NCBI GenBank assembly: GCA_963700925.1
Contig: OY969553.1
Span: 3,417,631 to 3,481,630, forward strand
DNA from: an uncultured Actinomycetota bacterium
GTDB taxonomy: Bacteria > Actinomycetota > Actinomycetes > Actinomycetales > CAWJMD01
DNA: 64,000 nucleotides
Reading direction: 5' to 3'
Below are positions 51,772 to 60,350 of this stretch, piece by piece (within the stretch, counting starts at the first letter, position 1; the number at the start of each line of letters is the position of its first letter). Made by a program: the position numbers and the translations under genes. The notes below the pieces were generated by a model, which had not been told where the DNA came from, searched no databases, and saw only the letters and a program-made list of their open reading frames with translations.

Positions 51772-51839
51772 GTCAAGCGGCGGGCCTGCGGGCAACAGGG
51801 CTCGGACGGCGCCTCGCGCCCAAGGGGCTCAGATCTGAC
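51772..51839. repeat. right copy of the recD-end repeat
   Basis: GTCAAGCGGCGGGCC-TGCGGGCAACAGGGCTCGGACGGCGCCTCGCGCCC-aaggggc-TCAGATCTG. The perfect 25-nt core is at 51787..51811. It starts 3 nt after the HNH stop. Confidence 0.85.
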
Positions 51840-52346
51840 TCGTCCAGGCCACGAAGAAGAGAGTCGCTGCGGCACAGACGATTCCAGCGGGCATCCACAC
51901 CCTGCGCCGGATGGGTTCCCCCACCGCCCAGGCAGTGAGGGCGCGATGCAGCCTGGAGAGGCCGATCATCGCCAGCAGGGCCAGCACGAGAAGGGACGCT
52001 GATCAGTGCGTGCGCCGCCCACGCTCCGGCCAGGGTCGGCCCACCCCACGACGTGTCGTAGGGGCCGTCGTCGATGAGACCGTAGAACAGCCCGCGGGCG
52101 ACGAGCAGCGTCACCAGACCCCAGAGCATCCATCCCGACCAGGCCCAGGACAGTCCCCACGCCAACGACCAGAACGGTCCGTCGATCCGACCTCTTCAGC
52201 CCGTTTCCCAGCAGCACCAGGCTGGTTGGAGTCATCACCAGACAACGGAGCCCGGCGCGCCAAGCCTGCTCGACTCGAGGGAAACGTAGCTCCAGGCCAG
52301 CCCTCTCGGTCACGTCGAGAACGTTAGCCGCGCGCTTGCGGATCAC
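51830..52346 (-). pseudogene. possible membrane protein gene broken into three frames
   Basis: Frame 1 reads MIRKRAANVLDVTERAGLELRF...LLGNGLKRS. Frame 2 reads IDGPFWSLAWGLSWAWSGWMLWGLVTLLVARGLFYGLIDDGPYDTSWGGPTLAGAWAAHAL. Frame 3 reads LLVLALLAMIGLSRLHRALTAWAVGEPIRRRVWMPAGIVCAAATLFFVAWTSQI*. No single frame is open. Confidence 0.35.
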
Positions 52347-52512
52347 GCGTCACCCCCGCGAGCCAACCTGCCCCTGCTACCTGCGAGTCAGCCGCTCGTC
52401 CCCAGCTGAACGTCGCTGCCCCAAATCGCCGACTTCTCGTGGGTCTCGTCGGCGGTGGGACCACGAGAACGCGGCGAATCACGGACAGGGGAGGGCGGAG
52501 AGGGAGGGCAGG

Positions 52513-53289
52513 TCAGTCCGACATCCGGCGCCTGAACAGCACGACGGCCGCCACGAACGCCAGCGTCACGAGGCCGACCGTCCAGGCCAGCGCCAGCCAG
52601 CCGCTGTTCCCGATCGGCGTGCCGAGCAGCATCGCTCGGACGGTCTCGGTCACCGGTGTCACGGGCTGGTGCTCGGCGAGGGGTCGCAGCCACGACGGCA
52701 TCGAGTCGACGGGCACGAAGGCGCTCGAGACGTAGGGCAGGAACATCACCATGAAGGTGAACCCGTTGGCCGCCTCGGCGCTGCCGGCCACCACGCCGAA
52801 GCACACCGACACCCAGGTGATGGCCAGCACCCAGAGCAGCAGGATGCCGATCGCCCCGAGCCAGCCGAGCAGGTCGGCCTGCGGTCGGAACCCCAGCGCC
52901 AATGCGACCGACACGACGACGGCCGTGGAGAAGGCATTGCGGGCGACGCTGGCGACGACATGCCCTGTCAGCACTGCGGAGCGGCTGATCGGCATCGACC
53001 TGAACCGGTCGACGATGCCGTCTTCGAGGTCCTGAGCCACGCTCACCGCGGTGGACGCCGAGCCGAAACCGGTGCACAGCAGCACGATTCCCGGCACGAC
53101 GTAGTTGACGTACTGGGTGCCCGTGTTGATGGCCCCGCCGAAGACGTAGACGAACAGCAGCATCAGCATCACCGGCAGCACGATCGCTGTCAGCAGCGCG
53201 TCGAGGTTGCGGATGCTGAGCCGCACGCTGCGGCCGATCATCACGGCCGTGTCGTCGGCGACGGCGAAAGCCGTTGTGGCGAGGGCCAT
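52513..53289 (-). CDS. ABC-2 type transporter permease (DrrB-like)
   Basis: Track ORF of 258 aa with six TM segments. It has a TGATG junction with the upstream ATPase gene. Confidence 0.85.
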   Translation of the reverse strand: MALATTAFAVADDTAVMIGRSVRLSIRNLDALLTAIVLPVMLMLLFVYVFGGAINTGTQYVNYVVPGIVLLCTGFGSASTAVSVAQDLEDGIVDRFRSMPISRSAVLTGHVVASVARNAFSTAVVVSVALALGFRPQADLLGWLGAIGILLLWVLAITWVSVCFGVVAGSAEAANGFTFMVMFLPYVSSAFVPVDSMPSWLRPLAEHQPVTPVTETVRAMLLGTPIGNSGWLALAWTVGLVTLAFVAAVVLFRRRMSD

Positions 53290-54320
53290 CAGGCCACCTC
53301 TTCCTTGATGTCTGTGCTGTTGATGTCTGTGCTGTTGATGTCTGTGCCGGTGGCGGCTGTCGGCGCGACGGTGCGAGCCGGCTCGCCCGTGAGCGTGAGG
53401 AACACGTCGTCGAGGCTCGGCCGGTGCACCGAGACCGACGCGATGGCGACGCCGTGCTGCTCGAGGTGGTTGAGCAGGTGACGCAGGTGCGCGGCCGTCC
53501 CGTCCGTTGGCAGTCGCAGCCGGTCGCCCTCACTTCCGACGACGGATGGGGTGTCGAGCAGGAGGGACGCCTTGGCGACGAGGGACCGGTCGGCGAGAAC
53601 CAGCTCGACCTGCTCGGCACCGACCTGTCGCTTGAGGTCGTCAGCGGAGCCTTCGCCGACCAGCTTGCCTCCGTCGATCACCGCGACGCGGTCCGCCAGG
53701 CGGTCGGCCTCCTCGAGGTACTGCGTGGTCAGGAACACCGTGACCTCGTCCGCCACCAGCTCGGAGACGGCGTCCCAGACCGCCTGCCGGCTGCGCAGGT
53801 CGAGGCCCGTCGTGGGCTCGTCGAGGAAGAGCACTTGCGGGCGCGCCACCAGGCTCATGGCCAGGTCGATCCGCCGCCGCATGCCGCCGGAGTAGTTCTT
53901 CACACGCCGATCGCGGGCACCGACGAGGTCGAACCGCTCGAGCAGCTCATCGGCGCGGCGTCGCGCGCCGGAACGGCCGAGGCGCGCGAGCCGGCCCATC
54001 ATCCGGAGGTTCTCCTCCCCGGTGAGCAGCATGTCGACCGCGGAGTCCTGGCTGGTCAGGCTGATGGCCCGGCGTACGTCAGCAGGGGCAGCCACGACGT
54101 CGTGACCGGCGACCGTCGCGCGCCCGGAGTCGGGCCGGGTCAGGGTCGTGAGAATGCGGACGGTGGTCGTCTTGCCCGCCCCGTTGGGACCGAGGAGGGC
54201 GAGCACCGTGCCGCGCTGGACGCTCAGGTCGAGGCCGTCGAGGACCATCGTCGCGCCGTAGGACTTGCGGAGGCCGACAGCCTCGAGGACCGTGTCCTTC
54301 GTTAGGTGTGTATCGCGCAT
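53289..54320 (-). CDS. ABC transporter ATP-binding protein (DrrA/daunorubicin-resistance family)
   Basis: Track ORF of 343 aa. Walker A is GPNGAGKTTT, signature is YSGGMRRRIDLA, Walker B is VLFLDEPTTGLD. It has the DrrA-type C-terminal domain. Confidence 0.9.
   Translation of the reverse strand: MRDTHLTKDTVLEAVGLRKSYGATMVLDGLDLSVQRGTVLALLGPNGAGKTTTVRILTTLTRPDSGRATVAGHDVVAAPADVRRAISLTSQDSAVDMLLTGEENLRMMGRLARLGRSGARRRADELLERFDLVGARDRRVKNYSGGMRRRIDLAMSLVARPQVLFLDEPTTGLDLRSRQAVWDAVSELVADEVTVFLTTQYLEEADRLADRVAVIDGGKLVGEGSADDLKRQVGAEQVELVLADRSLVAKASLLLDTPSVVGSEGDRLRLPTDGTAAHLRHLLNHLEQHGVAIASVSVHRPSLDDVFLTLTGEPARTVAPTAATGTDINSTDINSTDIKEEVA
53306..53348. repeat. 15-bp tandem repeat x2.9 inside the 3' end of the ABC ATPase gene
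   Basis: TGATGTCTGTGCTGT TGATGTCTGTGCTGT TGATGTCTGTGCC. It encodes ..TDINSTDINSTDI.. on the minus strand. Confidence 0.9.
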
Positions 54321-54326
54321 ACCGAT

Positions 54327-54343
54327 TGTGTATCACATACACA
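54327..54343. promoter_or_regulatory. candidate TetR operator TGTGTAT-CAC-ATACACA
   Basis: A perfect 7-3-7 palindrome lies in the 83-nt divergent tetR/drrA spacer. An extra TGTGTATC direct copy is at 54307..54314. Confidence 0.5.
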
Positions 54344-54403
54344 CACCGGAGGACAGCCCTAGGATCACTGGGTTGGGAACGGGTCGGGACGAGGAGGTGG
54401 ACG

Positions 54404-55177
54404 GTGGCGGACCAGGACCCGCAGCAGGCCGACAGGCACGCGTCAGGTGCCCTGCCGTCGTCGCTGGATGTGCTCTGGGGGCGGCGGGGGACCGGGGCGC
54501 GCGGGGGGAAGCCTGGGCTCAGCGTCGACCGCATCGTGGCAGCCGCGATCGAGGTGGCGGACGCCGATGGCCTCGCGGGCGTGTCGATGAGCAAGGTCGC
54601 GAATCGGCTCGGGTACACCACGATGTCGCTCTACCGGCACGTCGCGAACAAGGACGAGCTCCTTCTGCTGATGTGGGACTCAGCCTTCGGTCCACCTCCC
54701 GAGCTGCCGGCCTCCGGGGGGTGGCGCGCCCGCCTCGAGCACTGGGCGCGGGAGCACCGGGACGGCTGCCTCCGCCATCCCTGGGTGCTCCTCATGACCG
54801 TCAACGGCCCGCCCATGGGCCCGGGCCAGCTGGGCTGGCTCGACCGCGGCCTGCAGGCCCTCGAGGACACCCCGCTCAGCGAGGGCGACAAGGCCAACGT
54901 GGTGCTGCTGGTCAGCGTCTACGTCCTCGGTCAGACCCGTGTCACCGTGGACGTGACAGCCGCCTACGAGGCCGGCGCCGAACGCGACGGCACCGACCTC
55001 GACGAGAGCTTCGCGCTCACCCTGGCCGAGCTGGTCGACCCAGAGCGCTTCCCCGCCCTGGCGCGCGCGTACGCAGAGGGCGCCTTCTCCGACCCTGACG
55101 AGGGGCTGGACGAAGACTTTGCGTTCGGTCTGGAGCGCATCCTCGACGGTGTGCAGGCCCGGATCGCCGCCTCCTGA
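54404..55177 (+). CDS. TetR/AcrR family transcriptional regulator
   Basis: Track ORF 54308..55177, with GTG 54404 after GAGGAGG. HTH is LSVDRIVAAAIEVADADGLAGVSMSKVANRLGYTTMSLYRHVANKDELL. Confidence 0.85.
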   Translation: MADQDPQQADRHASGALPSSLDVLWGRRGTGARGGKPGLSVDRIVAAAIEVADADGLAGVSMSKVANRLGYTTMSLYRHVANKDELLLLMWDSAFGPPPELPASGGWRARLEHWAREHRDGCLRHPWVLLMTVNGPPMGPGQLGWLDRGLQALEDTPLSEGDKANVVLLVSVYVLGQTRVTVDVTAAYEAGAERDGTDLDESFALTLAELVDPERFPALARAYAEGAFSDPDEGLDEDFAFGLERILDGVQARIAAS

Positions 55178-55190
55178 CGGTTTGCGGAAC

Positions 55191-55207
55191 ATACCCCGCA
55201 GGGGTTA
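55191..55207. promoter_or_regulatory. candidate CsoR operator ATACCCC-GCA-GGGGTTA
   Basis: A GC-rich ACCCC/GGGGT inverted repeat flanked by AT lies about 50 nt upstream of csoR. A second weaker site, ATACCCCCCACCCGTAT, is at 55227..55243. Confidence 0.45.
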
Positions 55208-55254
55208 GCGTTCCCGCAGAGACAAAATACCCCCCACCCGTATGAGGCCGAGCG

Positions 55255-55548
55255 ATGGACACGACAGCACCGGGCTACTCCCACAACAAGGACGCCCACC
55301 TCAAGCGCCTCCGCCGCGTGGAGGGCCAGGTCCGCGGTCTGCAGCGCCAGGTCGAGAACGACACGTACTGCATCGACGTGCTGACCCAGGTCTCCGCAGC
55401 GACGAAGGCGCTCGAGGCCTTCGCCCTCTCACTGCTCGAGGAGCATCTGAGGCACTGCGTCGCGGACGCGATCCACACCGGCGGCGCCGAGGCCGAAGCG
55501 AAGGTCACGGAAGCATCCGCCGCGATCGCGCGCCTCGTCCGGTCCTGA
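55255..55548 (+). CDS. csoR: CsoR-family metal-sensing (copper) repressor
   Basis: Track ORF of 97 aa. It reads LKRLRRVEGQVRGLQRQVENDTYCIDVLTQVSA...HLRHC, which carries the C-H-C ligand pattern. Confidence 0.9.
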   Translation: MDTTAPGYSHNKDAHLKRLRRVEGQVRGLQRQVENDTYCIDVLTQVSAATKALEAFALSLLEEHLRHCVADAIHTGGAEAEAKVTEASAAIARLVRS

Positions 55549-55582
55549 AATCCCCTCGAAACCAACGACTCTGGAGCCAGCG

Positions 55583-55801
55583 ATGACCACGACCACCTAC
55601 AACGTCGCAGGAATGACCTGCGGTCACTGCGTGGCCGCTGTCACCGAGGAGATCTCCAAGCTGCCGGGCGTGACGGACGTCAGCATCGACCTGGTCGCCG
55701 GCGGTTCCACACCGGTCACCGTCACGTCGGCTGACCTGCTCGACGATGTCGCCGTCAGCGAGGCGGTCGACGAGGCAGGCTACGAGGTCGTCGCGCAGTG
55801 A
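55583..55801 (+). CDS. copZ: heavy-metal-associated (HMA) copper chaperone
   Basis: Track ORF of 72 aa with the MTCGHC motif. Confidence 0.9.
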   Translation: MTTTTYNVAGMTCGHCVAAVTEEISKLPGVTDVSIDLVAGGSTPVTVTSADLLDDVAVSEAVDEAGYEVVAQ

Positions 55802-56253
55802 CTGTGACGGCCGGCCGCGAGCTGACCCGTATCGCGATCTCCGCGACGCTGCACTGCCTGACAGGGTGCGCCATCGGTGAGGTCCTGGGCATGGTGATCG
55901 GCACGGCTCTCGGCTGGGGTGACGTCGCCACCATCGCGCTCGCCGTCGTGCTGGCCTTCTTCTTCGGGTACGCGCTCACGATGCGCCCTGTGCTGCGCTC
56001 GGGACTGTCTCTGCGACAGGCGGTTCGGGTGGCTCTCGCGGCTGACACGGTCTCGATCCTCGTGATGGAGATCGTGGACAACGCCGTCCTCTTGGCTGTC
56101 CCAGGAGCGATGGAGGCGGGTCTGACCACCTGGCTGTTCTGGGGCAGCCTGGCGTTCTCGCTCGGCGTCGCCTTCGTGGTGACGGTTCCGGTGAACCGCT
56201 GGATGATCGGGCGCGGACGAGGGCACGCCGTCGTGCACGCCCACCACCACTGA
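55798..56253 (+). CDS. DUF4396-like membrane protein
   Basis: Track ORF of 151 aa with a GTGA overlap with copZ. It has LHCLTGCAIGEVLG and a C-terminal HAVVHAHHH. Confidence 0.7.
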   Translation: MTVTAGRELTRIAISATLHCLTGCAIGEVLGMVIGTALGWGDVATIALAVVLAFFFGYALTMRPVLRSGLSLRQAVRVALAADTVSILVMEIVDNAVLLAVPGAMEAGLTTWLFWGSLAFSLGVAFVVTVPVNRWMIGRGRGHAVVHAHHH

Positions 56254-56334
56254 GCGGCAGGCTGGCCTCCGCGCTCCCAGCGTCCGCGCGCAATCGATTC
56301 GGCCCCAGCGACCTCCGTCCGCGAGGATGCGCCT

Positions 56335-57756
56335 GTGATCCTCACCGTGAGCACCACCCGTCGGCCGGCCACCGACCTGGGCTACCTGCTGCACAAGCAC
56401 CCCGGTCGGCCGCAGTCGTTCGAGGTCGCGATGGGTACGGCTCACGTGTTCTACCCGCAGGCGGACGACGACGTCTGCACCGCCGCGCTGATGCTCGAGG
56501 TTGACCCGGTAGGTCTAGTGCGCGGGCGCAAAGGGACTGCCGCCGAGGGGTTCTCGCTCGGGCAGTACGTGAACGACCGTCCGTACGCAGCGTCCAGCTT
56601 GCTCTCTGTCGCCCTGGGTCGGGTCTTCCGCACCGCCCTCGCCGGCCGCTGCGACGCCCGTCCCGGTCTGGCCGACGAGTCCATTCCGCTGCGCATCCAC
56701 GTGCCCGTGCTGCCGGCTCGTCCCGGTGGTCCGGACCTGGTGAGGCGGCTCTTCGAACCGCTGGGGTGGCAGGTCGACGCCCGGCCGGTGGCGCTGGACC
56801 CGACGCGCCCCGACTGGGGCGACTCCCGCTACGTGGACCTGCGTCTCGAGGGCACGATGCAGCTCTCGCAGGCGCTGCGGCACCTGTACGTCCTGCTGCC
56901 AGTGCTCGACGACGCCAAGCACTACTGGGTCAGCCCCGACGAGGTCGACAAGCTGATCCGGGCAGGAACGGGCTGGCTCGCCGAACACCCCGACGCCGAG
57001 CTGATCGCGCGGCGCTACCTCGCCCACCGCACGAGCCTGACGCGGTCGTTCCTCGACCGGCTCGCCGAGGTCGACGACACCGAGCCCGGGCGTATCGACA
57101 ACGCCGACGAGGCGCCTCTGGTCGGCGACGAGCCGGACCGACCGGTACCGCTCGCAGTCCAGCGCCGCGGGGCCGTCCTCGCCGCCTTGCACGCCGCGCA
57201 CGCCGGCACGGTCGCCGACCTGGGCTGCGGCGAGGGTGCCCTGCTGGAGCCGATGCTGGGCGACCCGACATTCACCAGGATTGTCGGCACCGACGTCTCG
57301 GCGCGGACCCTCCAGTCCGCGACCAGGCGCCTTCGTCTGGATCGCATGCCCGAGCCGAAGAGGGCGCGGCTCGAGCTGTTCCAGAGCTCGCTGACCTACA
57401 CCGACGCGCGGCTGACCGGTCTCGACGCGGCCGTGCTGATGGAGGTCGTCGAGCACGTCGACGAGCACCGGCTTCCGGCTCTCGAGCGGAGCGTCTTCGG
57501 AGCCGCGCGACCCGGAACGGTCGTCGTGACCACGCCGAACGCCGAGTACAACGTGCGGTTCGAGAGTCTGCCCGAGGGCACGATGAGGCACCGTGACCAC
57601 CGGTTCGAGTGGACGCGGTCGCAGTTCGCCGAGTGGGCCTGGCGCGTGGCAGAGGCGCACCGCTACTCCGTGCGGTTCCTGCCCGTCGGCGACGACGACC
57701 CTGAGCTGGGCCCGCCCACTCAGATGGCCGTCTTCACCAGGGAGGGGGCGCGATGA
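56335..57756 (+). CDS. hen1: 3'-terminal RNA ribose 2'-O-methyltransferase Hen1
   Basis: Track ORF of 473 aa. The N-terminus MILTVSTTRRPATDLGYLLHKHPGRPQSF is the bacterial Hen1 signature. The C-terminal MTase is VADLGCGEGALL...VLMEVVEHVDEHRL. Confidence 0.85.
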   Translation: MILTVSTTRRPATDLGYLLHKHPGRPQSFEVAMGTAHVFYPQADDDVCTAALMLEVDPVGLVRGRKGTAAEGFSLGQYVNDRPYAASSLLSVALGRVFRTALAGRCDARPGLADESIPLRIHVPVLPARPGGPDLVRRLFEPLGWQVDARPVALDPTRPDWGDSRYVDLRLEGTMQLSQALRHLYVLLPVLDDAKHYWVSPDEVDKLIRAGTGWLAEHPDAELIARRYLAHRTSLTRSFLDRLAEVDDTEPGRIDNADEAPLVGDEPDRPVPLAVQRRGAVLAALHAAHAGTVADLGCGEGALLEPMLGDPTFTRIVGTDVSARTLQSATRRLRLDRMPEPKRARLELFQSSLTYTDARLTGLDAAVLMEVVEHVDEHRLPALERSVFGAARPGTVVVTTPNAEYNVRFESLPEGTMRHRDHRFEWTRSQFAEWAWRVAEAHRYSVRFLPVGDDDPELGPPTQMAVFTREGAR

Positions 57757-60350
57757 CGGAGCTCTCGGTCCCGGATCTCAGCCTGGTCGTGCTGGTGGGA
57801 GTCAGCGGCTCGGGCAAGTCGACGTTCGCGCGCACCCACTTCTCGTCCACCGAGGTGCTGTCGAGCGACACGTTCCGCGGAATGGTCGCGGACGACGAGA
57901 ACGACCAGGCCGCAACGACTGACGCGTTCGACGTGCTGCACTACGTGGCGGGCAAGCGCCTGGCCGCGGGGCGGCTCACGGTCGTGGACGCGACCAACGT
58001 GCAGCAGTCCGCCCGCAAGTCGCTCGTCGACGTGGCGCGCGAGCATGACGTGCTGCCGGTGGCGATCGTGATCGACCTGCCCGAAAAGGTCTGTGCTGCA
58101 CGCAATGCGAGCCGGCCCGACCGTGACTTCGGCCCGCACGTGATCCGCCGCCAACGCGACCAGCTGCGACGTGGGCTGCGCGGCCTGCAGCGCGAGGGCT
58201 TCCGCACCGTCCACGTGCTGCGCTCGGAGGAGGAGGTCGCCGCGGCGACGGTCGTACGAGCGCGGCTCTACAACGACCTGCGTCACGTGAGCGGCCCCTT
58301 CGACGTGATCGGCGACGTGCACGGCTGCCGGGGCGAGCTGGTGACGCTGTTGCAGAAGCTCGGGTACGCCGTGCGGTTCGACGAGCAGGACCACGCGGTC
58401 GGGGCGCACCACCCTGCCGGGCGGACAGCTGTGTTCGTCGGCGACCTGGTCGACCGCGGGCCCGACACGCCGGGGGTGCTCCGTCTGGTGAAGAACATGG
58501 TCGAGAGCTCGGATGCGCTCTGCGTGATGGGAAACCACGAGAACAAGCTGTTGCGCGCGCTGCGAGGCCGCAACGTGCAGGTGACGCACGGCCTGGCGGA
58601 GTCGCTCGCCCAGCTGGGCGAGCAGCCGGACGGGTTCCGGGAAGAGGTCGAGGGTTTCGTCGACGGTCTGCTCTCGCACTACGTGCTCGACGAGGGGCGG
58701 CTGGTGGTGTGCCACGCCGGCCTCCCCGAGCGGTACCACGGGCGGGCGTCCGGACGGGTGCGCCAGTTTGCGATGTACGGCCAGACGACGGGGGAGACGG
58801 ACGAGTTCGGGCTGCCCGTCCGCTACCCGTGGGCCGAGGACTACCGGGGTCAGGCGACTGTGCTGTACGGGCACACCCCAGTGCCTCGCGCGGAGTGGGT
58901 GAACAACACGATGTGCCTCGACACCGGGGCCGTGTTCGGTGGGCACCTGACCGCGTTGCGCTACCCCGAGCGTGAGCTGGTCACCGTCCCCGCCGAGCGG
59001 GTGCACTACGAACCAACAAAGCCGTTCCCGGCGAACCCGACTGCAGAACAAGATGTTTCGACGGCGAGCCACCGCGAGCCCGACCTTCTCGACATCACCG
59101 ATGTGACGGGGAAGCGGGTGATCGAGACACGACACCACGGTCGGGTCGGCGTGCGAGAGGAGAACGGGGCCGCTGCGCTGGAGGTGATGAGCAGGTTCGC
59201 CGTCGACCCGCGCTGGCTGCTCTACCTGCCGCCGACGATGAGCCCTGTCGCCACCTCGTCCGCCGAGGGCCTGCTCGAGCACCCCGCGCAGGCGTTCGAG
59301 GCCTACCGCGCCGACGGTGTCGACCGCGTCGTGTGCGAGGAGAAGCACATGGGCTCGCGGGCCGTGGCGCTCGTCTGCCGTGACCGCCGTACCGCGCTGG
59401 AGCGGTTCGGAGCACCCGGCGACGCCCACGGGGCGGTGTGGACGCGGACAGGTCGCCCCTTCTTCGACAGGCCGACCACGATGCTGCTGCTCGACCGGCT
59501 TCGCACGGCTGCCGAGCGGGCCGGACTCTTCGACGAGCTCGGGTCGGGCTGGCTGCTGTTCGACGCGGAGATCATGCCGTGGAGCGCCAAGGCTGAGGAA
59601 CTGCTCCGTCACCAGTACGCCGCGGTCGGTGCGGCGGCCAGAACGGCTCTGCCGGTGGCGGTCTCGCTGCTCGACCAGGCAGTCTCCGCCACGCCCGACG
59701 TGACCGGGCCCGACGTCGCCGGTCTCGATCTGAGTGCTCTGGCTGAACGAACCCGGTCGAGGCACGCCAACGCCCTCGCGTTCGACGACGCCTACCGACG
59801 CTACTGCTGGCCGGTCGACGGGCTGGACGGGGTGCAGATGGCCGTGTTCAACGTGCTGGCGGCGGAGGGAGCCACGTTCCACGACCGTCCGCACGACTGG
59901 CACCTGTCCGTCGCCGATCGCCTGGTCGAGGCCGACCCTGCCTTGATGCGCCGTACCGACCGACTGGTGGTCGACACCACCGACGTCGCGTCGACCGACG
60001 AGGCCACGCGGTGGTGGGAGCGGCTCACGGCCGGCGGCGGGGAGGGCATGGTGGTCAAGCCGCTCGCCAACCTGGTGCGAGGCCCGCGAGGCCTGGTGCA
60101 GCCTGGCCTCAAGGTCCGCGGACGCGAGTACCTGCGGATCATCTACGGTCCCGACTACACCGAGCCCGAGCACTTCGTGCGGCTGCGGCAGCGAGGTCTT
60201 GGTCACAAGCGGTCGATGGCCGCTCGTGAGTACGCCTTGGGGCTGGAGGCGCTCGACCGCGCCGCGCGTGGTGAACCACTCTGGCGGGTGCACGAGTGCG
60301 TGTTCGCCGTCCTCGCCTGCGAGTCGGAGCCGGTCGACCCTCGGCTCTAG
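57753..60350 (+). CDS. pnkp: polynucleotide kinase-phosphatase (kinase + calcineurin-type phosphatase + ligase-like adenylyltransferase)
   Basis: Track ORF of 865 aa with an ATGA overlap with hen1. The P-loop is GVSGSGKST. The phosphatase motifs are GDVHGC, GDLVDRGP and GNHE. The ligase-type lysine motif is CEEKHMGSRAV. Confidence 0.9.
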   Translation: MTELSVPDLSLVVLVGVSGSGKSTFARTHFSSTEVLSSDTFRGMVADDENDQAATTDAFDVLHYVAGKRLAAGRLTVVDATNVQQSARKSLVDVAREHDVLPVAIVIDLPEKVCAARNASRPDRDFGPHVIRRQRDQLRRGLRGLQREGFRTVHVLRSEEEVAAATVVRARLYNDLRHVSGPFDVIGDVHGCRGELVTLLQKLGYAVRFDEQDHAVGAHHPAGRTAVFVGDLVDRGPDTPGVLRLVKNMVESSDALCVMGNHENKLLRALRGRNVQVTHGLAESLAQLGEQPDGFREEVEGFVDGLLSHYVLDEGRLVVCHAGLPERYHGRASGRVRQFAMYGQTTGETDEFGLPVRYPWAEDYRGQATVLYGHTPVPRAEWVNNTMCLDTGAVFGGHLTALRYPERELVTVPAERVHYEPTKPFPANPTAEQDVSTASHREPDLLDITDVTGKRVIETRHHGRVGVREENGAAALEVMSRFAVDPRWLLYLPPTMSPVATSSAEGLLEHPAQAFEAYRADGVDRVVCEEKHMGSRAVALVCRDRRTALERFGAPGDAHGAVWTRTGRPFFDRPTTMLLLDRLRTAAERAGLFDELGSGWLLFDAEIMPWSAKAEELLRHQYAAVGAAARTALPVAVSLLDQAVSATPDVTGPDVAGLDLSALAERTRSRHANALAFDDAYRRYCWPVDGLDGVQMAVFNVLAAEGATFHDRPHDWHLSVADRLVEADPALMRRTDRLVVDTTDVASTDEATRWWERLTAGGGEGMVVKPLANLVRGPRGLVQPGLKVRGREYLRIIYGPDYTEPEHFVRLRQRGLGHKRSMAAREYALGLEALDRAARGEPLWRVHECVFAVLACESEPVDPRL

